Assembly: GCA_002269645.1 (NCBI GenBank)
Contig: NIVC01004015.1
Coordinates: 315-64,314, forward strand
From: Macrostomum lignano
Taxonomy: Eukaryota
Direction: 5' to 3'
Length of the DNA stretch: 64,000 nt
Made by a program: the position numbers and the translations under genes. Below, piece after piece: positions 12,901 through 24,900 of this stretch. A model generated the notes under the pieces. That model saw nothing but the letters and a program-made list of their open reading frames with translations. It was not told the DNA's origin and did no database searches. The first letter of the stretch is position 1. Each line of letters starts with the position of its first letter.

Positions 12901-15900
12901 ACTACACCCAGTAGCATGTTAAAGTTTCCAACTCAAAATCAGTGGTTTACGCTCGTACTTTTCTCGGAGCTCAGCAGCCCAAGTGATGCGATTCACGCCA
13001 CGCCCGCAGTTCTTGTCTCAACTGTGGGTAATCTACTTAGCAAACCTCTATTGCTCACGCTAGTGCGGAGAGAGTGGAGAGTTATGGCTAGAGCTGCATT
13101 GAAGCTGCCACTCTCAGTTGTCAGGCCTTATGAACTGGGTTCATAGAAACTTAACCATGTTGCTGAATGTAACACTGTCACGGACTCGACTACAGCAACC
13201 TTCCGATTCTGATTGTTGTCGGTAACCTTTAGATTTACATGAAAGCTTCACCTGAACTGGCTCTATCTTTCGTCCAGACATTCACTTTAGAATCCATAAT
13301 ACTCTGAGAAGGTTTGGTATGTCTACTGTAAAAGTGTTGCGATTGAATGTGGAGAGAACTTTTGGGGCTACATTGAGCTGGCTTTAATGATGTATCTACG
13401 ATCTTTAAAACAGAATTATCATTATTGGCACAATAAAAATACCAATCTTCCTTAGGGTTAATGACCTATAAAACTAATCACTGACAAACTACAGACAGTT
13501 GTCATTTGGCAAACTTACTGGTTGAATTTGCCAGCAGCCAGCCAGGTGCAAAGGACCTCTCATCGTCGCTCCACATGCTGTACTCAGGGCGGCACTCGCT
13601 AATAATGTTGGCAAAGTACGAAGAAATTTTGCAGCTGTCAACAGCCTTCTTGATTCGCAGCTGTCTGAGTTGCGCCATCCGAACCAGCATGAGGTTCGGA
13701 TCCGAGGTCCAGTTCAAGCCAATTTGATTGCAGAATTCCCCATTGTAGCAGGCAATCGGATAGGCAGTTGGGATCACAGTGTTGTTTAGGTAGTCCCACA
13801 ATGAGTCACGACGTATAGCTGAAGACATCGTTTTGGCCTGATGCGTCTCATTTTGAACGTAGATACCCTTGGTCAGCATGTTTTTCACATAATTGTTCTG
13901 CAGATACGATCGGTAATCCTGACTAGTGTAGGCAGCCATCATGAGTACTACGAGAAACAGAATGTAGAAAACGATGTCCTTCAAGATGTCGTTCATGTTG
14001 TTCTCACGGATTCTGGATGGTGATGTTAAAATAGACTGTAGTAGAAACTGTACATTAGTTCAAAAATATTTGTGCAAACTTAAAAAGTTACAACGGTGAA
14101 ATGGTGATAGAATTTCTCTTACCGCTGCTCCCGCAACTCCCTCAGCACGTGCTCATCAGGCGGCGGAGGCGCCCGCTTCGACTTCAGGAACATCTCCCTC
14201 TTGCTGGGGTCGGTCAGGTCCTTGATGCTCAGCCGCTCGTGCACTGGCGGGAGGCCCGCAGCGACCATCTCCTTCGTCACCTCGTCCTCGTCCTCGTCGA
14301 TCTTCTTCACCAGCAGAGCGTAGGCGGCGGCGATCACCACGATCTTCACCGGCTGAATCAGCACGATCGACTGCAGCAAAGTGACAAGCATCGAGGCGAG
14401 CCACTCGGACGTCTTGGCCTCGCCGAGAACTCCGCCGAACTCCACCATCAGATAGGTGCACGCGGCCACGCTGAGAAACGACAGGATGTAGCCGATGATG
14501 TAGGACCACCAAGGCAGAGGCCACACGCGGCGCACGGCTGGGCGGATTCGAGCCAGGACTTTTGACTTGAGCGACTTTCCGGCGGCTTCTTCGGTGGCGA
14601 CAGACGGTTCGCCAATGGCATACTTTTCACCATCCCCAGCGCCGCTCTCTTCGTCAGGTGTGACCGGCCCGCGTGGCTTCACCTTTGAGGCCTTCTTCGG
14701 CTTGTTGCGTCTGTTTTTGAACAGCACAACAATGAGCACGTTAATCGGCAGGATGATCAGCGAGGACACAGTTGCCAGGTAGATGCTGTGAGCAGTGAGC
14801 TTTATCGGGCCGAACTCGATGAGTTGCGGACTCTCGACATGTTTTGACTGTCCGTAGAACATAAGGTTGACCATCATGGTGCTCATGACCAACACCAAGC
14901 AGGCTGTGGCTCGCTGGACTCTCGTGAACTTGCTCCTGGGAGACCTGGTCACCACCGAGAGCCACAGGTGGCCGTCGTTGAGGTTCTTCTGCGCCTTGCT
15001 CCAGAAGACGACTTCGAACTTCCTGACCTCCTCCATTCCGGACACGGGCAAAATCCTGTCCACCTGAAATTGGCACACTGATGTTGCGTCTCTGCTCCAG
15101 TGCAATGTCTACTCAATAAAATGCTTAGCTTACCATTCCGTCATCCTCGTCAAATGCGAACCAACGATTGCAGATAAAGAAGTACTTGTCTCCTGTCTGC
15201 AAATCTTCAACCAGCAATCGATTGAAGTACCACTTGGGATCTGAGCCGGCGTTGTCGTGCCAAATCCTGGCATGGGTGAGACGGCCGAGGTAGCTCGGAG
15301 TCGTCATGAAGAACGAGTCTACGCAGCCAGTTTGCAGAACGGGTCTCTTAGGATCAAGGACCGGCCGAGCCTCACTCTCCGAGTCCTCGCCGATCAAAGA
15401 GAATGACACCTGGGCGGTCGTGCCGGCGTGTCGTCTGGCGCCCGTCCAGAAAGTCAACTCATACCTGAGAATTTTAAACAATTATTGAATGTTTTAAAAT
15501 TGCATAAGGTTTTGATAACTTCAAGCTTTCATAAGATCAGTCGGAGAGTCAAGCCTGTCCGTAAAGAAGAAGATAATAATTACTTACCTGAATTCGTCTG
15601 CCGGATGATTGTCTGGCAACGGCGTGACGCCAACCTTCTTCATGTCGTCCTTGTCTTTTCTGCGAACCCAAACAACAATGATTAGGTAGAAACAGACCAG
15701 TGCCAGGACCACGCTCAGTGCGATCGGGTTGCTGTCCAGCTTCAGCCAGCCCGAGTCGGAAGGATTAAACGCCAACGGTGGCACGTAGAATGAAGACATA
15801 AACGAAGTCATGTGGCTGCTGAAGCATTGCGTTTCAGTTGGCGTACTGCACTGACCGACCTGAAAAAAAACATTTTCAACACGTATTTATAATTTGAGGG

Positions 15901-18900
15901 GTTATTGAAGAACTAAACAAAGTTTATTCTGAAACGTTTTCATACATGAACGCCTATATTGCTAAACTGAGAAGAATTCGTGTCAAAATAATAACAGCCA
16001 GCCGTAAACGCTGTGCTCTTGAAGTCCATGCTTAGGTACTGATACTCTGGTATCTTGGAATTTTCGCTGTTGCCACTGCTGCTGTCACCATCTATAGTTT
16101 TCACGGATGGCTTTCCGTCAACGTCCAGTTTAATTGCTCGAATGCCGAAGTGGACGGTTTTTTCGACCTCGCGGCTGTAATTATAGTAAATAATATTCGC
16201 TTTGTATTGAAGTTATAATTATTAAAAGACATATAAGCATAAAAACACGTGCGTATTGAGATCGTCCACTGAAAGGTAGCAAGTCCACAAGTCAGGCTGA
16301 TATGAATTCGACTTCTCGCAATTGTCTGTTGAATCCAAGTCGCTGTTTGGACTGCACCAAGTCGAGTTGCACATACAATTGGTCAGCTTATAGTCCGGTC
16401 CAGCTGGTACTGACGTCCCATTATAGTCAGTCAAGGGAGAGCAGAACCAACCCAATGTGCTGTTCCTACAGTTGCACGGCTCCTGTCTAAACTCGGAGCC
16501 CGAACTCGAGTCGGAGGCGTTAGAAGGTGCACTACACATAGTCGTTGCTGGCAGCGGCAGCTGGCACAGCCGGTCATAGGAGCTATCAGTAGGTGGCTCT
16601 CCCGCTTTAAAGTACACTAGGAAGCCGTAGTTCAATAGGTTCGTGGCCGTAGTTTCGTTGCGAGCGGTGGCGTCGGTCGAGTTCAGATATTGCTCAACTT
16701 TCACGAACAAGGCATTGCTGGTCTCCACTAGTACTTTCTGAGTTTGCAGAGTGACAGACTTGTCTGCTGTCTGTCCGTAAGTGCTGGGAAGTGTCTCATT
16801 GTCCGCCATTATGTTAGTGAGCCGCATTTCAATCCAAGAAGATGAACCGAGATCACTGATGTCATATTCCCCATTTGTAGAGGAGGACATGGTAATGGAG
16901 TAAGTGCTCGAGCTCATGTTTCCACCGCCTTTGGCCGATGCGAACAAGTTTGACTTGCTTTTGATGACCTGGAGATTTAAAAAGGCCTCGTGCAGTAGAT
17001 GCCATGCTAAAATTACTTAAAGTAAGAAACGAAAGAGTCTTACTTTCGTCAGCGCTGACTGGGAGGGAACCGTTGTGTTAGGATTTCTCGGATCCGGTTC
17101 CACTAAGAGGCTGCTTCCGTAGCTATCTTTGAAATCGCCGAGCTTGAAGTTGTCACATCCTGTTGAACCGCTGGCCTTGAGTTTTGCTGGAAGTTTAAAA
17201 AAGTAATAACTATGGTCTGTGTAATAGTTAAAAAGAATTTAAGCATTAAAAGTAAACAATGAATAGTTTTTAGCGTACCATTATTCAGTTTGCTTGGCTG
17301 CCGTTTCACGACCACAATGCTGATGTTGGGAGTTGAAATATGCGTCTCCCGTTCATCCGTGACCATTTTGTTAGCCAAAGAATCGGCAGCGGTAATGTAA
17401 TTGCCTAGCTGCTTGTTTCCAAGTTTTAGTTTGTTTGACGACTTGTCTTGGTTTCCTGCTCCGTTTTGCTCTGCGTTGTTAAGTGACGAGGTAATACTTT
17501 CGGAGGATGTAACTAGCCGATTCACGCTAGCGAGAACTTCGTGGTACGACACGCCGCGCTGCTGCGAGATTTCAAGCAGATTTTTTGCCATATTTTTTGC
17601 CGTTTCAGCAACTACGTCAAGTGAATCCTCGTCAAGTTCACCCTCAGTAATTGTGCTGAGCATTTTCGACTGGAATTCGAGGTCTCTCAGTCGATTGTCT
17701 GTCGTGGTGTTGCTATCAGAGGCGTTAACGCACTTTGATATCAGATTAACAACTTTGCGCTTGAATAGAATCATCTCTTGAACCTGAGCAGGTGTATCCA
17801 CTGTTACAGTGCTAAGGGAGTTAATGGCTGGGAACGCAGCCTTACCCATTTCACGAGAGTTTCCTCCGTAAGCGGAGCCTTCAATTCTGTTGTAGATGTT
17901 TCCATTGCTGAGCTCGTCAATGCTCATTTGTCGCTCCTTGACTCGCAGCAAGGTGGAGATATTATAGAAAGATGAAGCCATCGCTGCGTCAAACACCTCA
18001 ATGCAGATAGTAATCATGTAGTCACGCTTCTGAGCGCCGCTAGGTAGCATTGTAGCCTGGCTTAGTTTGCATTCATTTGCACCTGACAAGATAGCGGTAT
18101 TCAGTAAATAAGATGACGTATTGAGCTATTTACTAATAGCGAAAATGCACTGCTCACCTATTTCAATCGGAATGCAGTCATCCGGTCCGCTTGGGTTCTC
18201 CAGCTGGCTGTAACCAATGTTGTACTTTAGTGAGCCGTCGCTATCCGTGGCGCCGTCGCACGTAAGCTGAAATCTCGTATTCAAAGCTTCGCCAACGGTA
18301 GGAAAGGCTCGAACAGAGAGCAGGCTTACGTCTGGAGCAGTGTTGATCATCAAGTACAGCAGTTTGAAGCCATAGTTAGTTGGTGATCCATCGCGGTAGG
18401 ACTTCACCCTGAGTATGTAGATGCCGTTCGATGCACGCGGCAGACAGCCGACTCCATCGATGGCAAGTCCCGGAGAGAAAATGCCTAAAATATCAGAATA
18501 TTTGTTTTAATCTGAGTAAACTATTTTAAGCCTTTTAAAGAAACTTTTCAACTTCTGTGGCAAACTTTACCTGTACTTGCACAGTTTTGGCCATCTAAAA
18601 TTAAATATAGAAAGCATATATTAATTTTTGTGCTATTCCACGAAAATGCAATTGATTGATAGATAGCTATTTGATAAGTACTTTTATGTCCAATACAATA
18701 AAAGATGATTACCAATGATGCTCCAGTCCGGACCCATTTCATCCATGTCTAGCTGGGCCAGCACTGAACTCTGCGACAGATCGTACGGACAAGATGTAAC
18801 TGGCTTTTTTAAATTAGAAATCTGCCAGCGATAATGAAATCTCACGCCCGGAATGTAATTGTCAATCGATGTTTGAAATTTTATCGGAATGTTTGGGTTG

Positions 18901-21900
18901 ATGTTGATGGCTTCATCTTCGCAGGCTCTTCCGTTTATCTTCGGGTTCTTAATGACGCCCCTGTGGCAATTGCTGATGCATCTAAAATTACAAAGGCACA
19001 CCGGAAAATCAGACAATGTCATTGTTAATTAAGTAATGCAAGAAGCAAGCTTACATGTCAGTTATAATTGGTGGCATTCCAAGAGTAAATGTAGCGACTA
19101 CATTTGTGATCTGCGGTTCCAACAATGGATCGTTTTTATCCCGCACAACAACATAAATTCTGTGGCTTTGCTTCTCAAATGTTGTCAGAGTGTTCAAAAT
19201 GAGACTGGAATCAGATCTTTTACCAGACATATAGTACAAGTAACGGTACAATTTTTTGTTTATGGCGTCATCTTTCCATTTTTTGAAACTCGGAATGTCA
19301 TAAACATAATCCATTTTTCCTGCTCCACCCGAATAGTTCCAATCACCTTTAATTATCCGAGAAAGATGATGTCTAGTCTTCAGAGGATCCAATGAGAAAC
19401 ACGTTAGGTTATGTACCACTTCACCATCCATGTTTGTCTTGTTGCAGACATTCTTCGGCTGGTTCGCAAAACTGTACGAGGCGTCGGGACCAAAGATGAG
19501 TTCTCCCTCGCACTCGCGGTTGCAGTAGTACTCAAAGTCCCAGTCACTGAACTCTCCAGCCAAAGCGAACTTGTTCGGATTGACGCTGCAGCTCGCGTCG
19601 AACTCCACCTCGAAGCCGAACTTGCTCTGCGCAGGGCTGCTCAGCTTGTACCACCTCGAGAGCTCTTGGTCATACACTCTGTAGTTGAGACATGGTCGCA
19701 GAGGCGCCTTGTAGATGTAAACATCAATCGAGTCGGTTGTGTTCAGGGCGGGCTCTTCGACCATCGTGGCCTGTACAGTGATCCTGTACACTGTATGGAT
19801 GTTGAATGCATAAGGAAACACAGTGAAAGTCTTGAGTTGGTTGTTCGATCCTTGGTACATCACTCCAGATATCATCGTATCGTCCAGAGAAACATAGTTT
19901 ACATGACTTGGGTAGTTCTGATGGAACTGCTTCAGCTGTGGTACGAAGTCTTGCCATGAATTGGTGCCGTTATTGTATCTCTCGATTTTCCACTTCACTT
20001 CGACACTGTTATTGTAGCAGTTGACACTGAGGTAGGGGTTAAAGACGAGCAGTTGTTCTCTTGAAAACCGCGGATCCGGCATCGAGTACGAGAGATTGAG
20101 CTTCGGCTTTGAGCACGGCCCCTTCGAAACTACCATGTAGAAGGAGGTCTCCTGCATGGAGTACTTGTTGTATCCCTGCAAGCGAACAACCTTTTGGTCA
20201 AAATACGTAAAGTTTTTTATGAAAAGAACAACTGTAGACACAGGAGGACTCGCCAGCGACTCTTGGTAGAGCCTGTTGTACTCTTGCGAAAGTTGGTTGT
20301 CCCAGTACATGCTGCCATATAGAGAGCTCACTGGAGACAGAGTTTGGCATGCGGTGGCACTGCCAAACATGTGAGCGCTCTGATTGGCTACAACTTTGTC
20401 ACCAAAGGCGCTAAAGTCCACAACAAAGCAAGCTTCTGCAGGAAGTGTTCCCAGATCGATGAACACTTCGTATGGCTGCATCATCGATGCTGTGATTTCT
20501 GCTCCAATCTCGAGCTTATCCACTGGTCTGTAGACACTGATGTTTACTGACGCGAAAGCAGTGCTGTACGCATGGGAAACATTGACTTTGATAAGATAGC
20601 TTCCTTCTTTTGCATACTGATGGCTGACTGAGTTAGTGCTGGATTCAGTGCTGATTCCGTCACCGAAGTCCCAGGAATACTTTAAACCGGGACCGCTACC
20701 GAACTGCATTGTGGCAGTGAAGGTCACAGGCCTGTTTCTCGGGAAATACCGTTGCGAAACCCACGCGGACATTCTGGGATCGGCAGCAACATCGGGGTGA
20801 GGCACAGCGGCCACTTTAGGTCCCACAATCAATGCAAAAATGGAGATGTTGTGTGTGATTTCCTGGAGTCCGATGGGTTTTGCGACTCTGACGGTGGCAG
20901 TAAAGTCTCCCGTCCAGCTGTATGTCTGAGGTGGAAACAGGTAACAGAAGATCAGACTGGGTTCGATGCTTGAGCAGGTAGTGTTTTGAACTGATGTTCC
21001 CGTATTACAAGTTGTTAGTCTAGTGGGTCCAGTCACACCACTCGAATCGCCCTTGTCGATGGTCACATCACCCAAGTACAGATTCGGCTGTGATGTGTAG
21101 TTTGTGCTAGCACACAGAATGAAGTTCGGATCCGTGATATTTGATGAGCTCATGTTGATGAGTCCAAGTTTTAGAGCCGAGATCGCAAATCCGAACGGTA
21201 CCAACAAAATTTCGACCGTTGTTCCTTCAAGTGTGATAGTCTCCGAGCTCACTTTGTTGGTTACTCGGGCGGTGACGGTGAAGTTAGCAGAAGTCAAGTA
21301 AGTGTGATTGACTAGCACCGAGTGTTGTCGACCCTCAATGGTCATGTTCGCGACATTCCCATCTCCGAAGAAGACCTCGAGCTCATAATCGGAGCCCCAA
21401 GTAACGGAAAATTGGAAGCTCATGACTTGGTCTGTGAGTCCCACGCGAGCAAAGGCAAGCAGCTTCGGATTCTGTATTTGTTCCTGCACAGTCACGCGAC
21501 ACTGAAAGCTGAAGTTGGAAACTCGATTCCACAGAGTTCCATAAATGTCATATTCTCCGTAGTCAAAGCTTCGAGCTTCGGAATGCGTTGGATCAGACTG
21601 GGTCCACGTGAACTGAGTTGAGACGTTTGCGACATTGATGACATAGTAGTCGAGGTGAACGTTGCTTGGAATAAAGTTTGCATCTCCAGTGTAGTTAAAA
21701 TTGAAGCTTGTACCTGCACCCGTAGCATTTGGAAACAAAGGCAGGAACCTATTGCAATCTACAGTGGCGTTGTTTTGGTTCAGAGGGTGCTCGATTTGGA
21801 TGATGACCTGAAACGAGATTATAATTAAGCTTTATGTTATGCATTGATCTGGAATGCATTAATTTTTTACTTACGGATGGCAGTTCCTGCGTAGTGATAT

Positions 21901-24900
21901 AGTTCGATGCGGTACATCGGACAGCAAAGCTGCCATCGATGTTGTACACGTGACTGAAGCTCTTGCTGCCGCTGTGCAATATTGGCTCACCATCGGAGAA
22001 GTTGCAGGCGTATGTTGGTCTACTGCCCGCATGAGCTTGAACTTGAAAATTAATCGGAACTCGAGATTGGGCTGAAGTGAAGTTTTGGTGTCGGTTTTTT
22101 ATTTATCAAGTATTTTTTAGGTTTAAATTCATAATACGAGTCGTATTTCGTGGCCTCTTACACAACAGCGTGCTCGCAACAATAACTGCTCCGGACACAG
22201 GAATCTGAACAGTGACTGTCTTGGCAATTAATTGGTTGCTATTTCCTACATTTAGCTGGATTGTATAGTTTTGATCCAATGAGCAGATCGATTCATTGGA
22301 GCAGAAGCTATCGTTGTACACCGTGGACAGGATCATCCGGCTTTGCCTGTAGCCAAACAGTTGTACGGCCAGGTCTCCGCCCGGACTAGCTGTCGGAGAG
22401 ATCGTTAAGACTCCGCCAGAGTCAACATTATTCAAAATATCGTTTGTTGGCCCAGCCTTTTCAGAGAGTCCGATAGTCGAGTCTTGGATGCCGACAATGT
22501 CTCCGGGTAGAACCTCGAGGCGATTTGAGCCGTTCAGATTTACTAAGTTGAGTCCTGGAGTAGCTGTGATCGCGACGCTGTTCACCAGTACATAGGTTCC
22601 GGCAAAGAGGGGTGAAACACTTCGGGTCACCTGTCCGGTTGTGAGGTTTACGCACGCCCTGTTAACTAAACTCCATTTGCTTCCGCTTCCGCAAGCGCTG
22701 GCTCGGACGGTACCGTTGCACTTTGAAGCCAGCGGAATGCAGGCGTTGCTGTAGTAGCAGTACTTTGTCACGTTGGAACACATTGGTCGATATTGAATCA
22801 CCTGGAAAATTAAAGATAATGATATATAAAATTAATATAGATGCGCATTTGCTCTTACGTGATGTATTCTATTTAATGTTAAATTTACTCTGCTCTTTTT
22901 TATATATACAAAATAAGCAATTTTTTACCGTCCACTCAATTATCTATATACTACTTATAGGTACAGTTTTCTTGTGCTTTTGCGTTACGCACACTTTGCT
23001 TTCCAAAAATTTTGCATGCATGCCGCACCATTTTTCATATCGTTTCGCACATCCTTTAAAATTTTTACTATTGCGCTTGTAAACAAAATTCAAAAGAGGC
23101 TCGTGTCCCTATCTTTGGGTCCCATAGCTGTTGTGTCAATCTAGCAATTCGTTTTATTATGGTGACTACTCACATTAATTTGAAAACTGGATCCCGAGAA
23201 CGTGTGAAACTGAACCTGGGTGACTGTGGTTGGCTGCTTAAAGTCGAATTCGCGAAGCAAAACAACCGGTGAACTCGAATTGGCAGTTCTTGTCCTGAGG
23301 GTGCCGTTGCCTTCGTATTCTTGCAGGCTGAGCTTACGAAATGTTCGGGCCATGGGTTCTAGGAAATTTTAAGAATAAAAACATGGAATTTTATGTTTGA
23401 GTTATGCGAGTTCTACCCAAAGTTTTCTGGGTTTTTTTAATAAAGTTCCTAAAAAGTTCTGGAAATTGTTATTGAAAACAATAACTTTAGTAAATTGCAA
23501 AAACAAATGATTTTAAACATATTTTTCGTCAAAAAACTTTATCGATAAATATTTTAATAGACTTTTATTCACTACGTTAATTTAAAAAGGTATTAACTTT
23601 TGTTTTACCAAAGTAGACACCTTTACTAGGACTAAGAAATCTTCTTCGTCCTATTTTATTGATTGACTTTCACGATAGCAGCTAGCACATATTAGTTGAT
23701 ATTTGTTGCAAGAAAACTCAAGAAAACGCCAAATGTGCCGCTATAACAAATAATTTTTATGACGCAAATTTGTCTTGCCGTTAATATAAAAAGGGGCAGT
23801 TCGTTAGCGTACAATAAATGAAAACTCTTAGCGCCTGTTTAATGGATCATTGCCAAACACTGTCATTAAAATATAAATATTGAAGGAAGCCAATAAGAAT
23901 GCATCTTACCAATAAAATTTTCCAATGTTTTAATCTCGCCGTTGCCGAAGTCAACTAGCACGGATTGATTAGTGCCAAGGTTGATGCTGGCAACAACTTC
24001 CACCTGGGTGCGGATCGGCACAGCCTTGTACACGTTGCCGCGGTAGTCAATTTCGAGTTGCACTCCCTCGAGTCGCTGGTAGGTTTGCACTACTCTAGTT
24101 TTGTGCAGCTGGGCTACGCTGGAGCTGGTCACAGCGTGAAGCACGTACCTGCCGCCTAAATGGGCAGTGACAGTCAAGAGCAAACGGTAGTTTACACTGT
24201 CAATTGGCGAATTTCATTACTTTACATAAATTTTTATTTACGCAACTTTGCTCAAAAACTTGGCCATTTGACTGCTAGTTGTCATGGTAAATCATAGATA
24301 TACGGAACAGCAGTATCCATGGTATTTCAAAAAGTGGTTATGCACACAAATCGTTAAATCAAGAGTTTGACAGCCTTAATTTAAATCCTAGATCTTTACT
24401 GGGGACCACCTGGGAAAGGCTTGTACCCTCTCTGTGCCTTGAGGGTTGGTCCTCATTGGTGTGAATCAATGTCAATGTATTGGTACTTCAGGCTTCATTA
24501 TGGTGATTCATGACAAATCTGCGCCTATCTGATTCCCATTAGTTAACAAATAATTTATTTACTTTCTCATTATTGTGCTCTGCATGTCTTTCAGTCTTTT
24601 CTCTTAAATTGCACTACCCAACCAAGGCAGTCAGTCAGTATGCGTGTGTACTAACGGGCTCACCTGAGAAGGTTGGCCTAGCTAGAATCCCAGAAAAATT
24701 GGCTGGCACAGGTTGCTCAAGTAGCACAGAGCCTGTAGCGGCTCCAGTGGCCAGGAACGGATCCTGGTCGACAATTCTTCCGAATACGCCGCTAACATCG
24801 GAGCCGATGGAGGCCGCCATGATGTCCTGGACGGCTTGCTCGCTGTTTGGACCAGTCGGTGCTGTTTAAAACAAATGTACAAATCCTGCGTATTATTTAC

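Noticed and set aside
10667-14565. Sizeable plus-strand ORFs (10667+, 11919+, 14101+) opposite PKD1L exons
   Set aside because: They are antisense shadows of GC-rich coding exons with no independent protein features.
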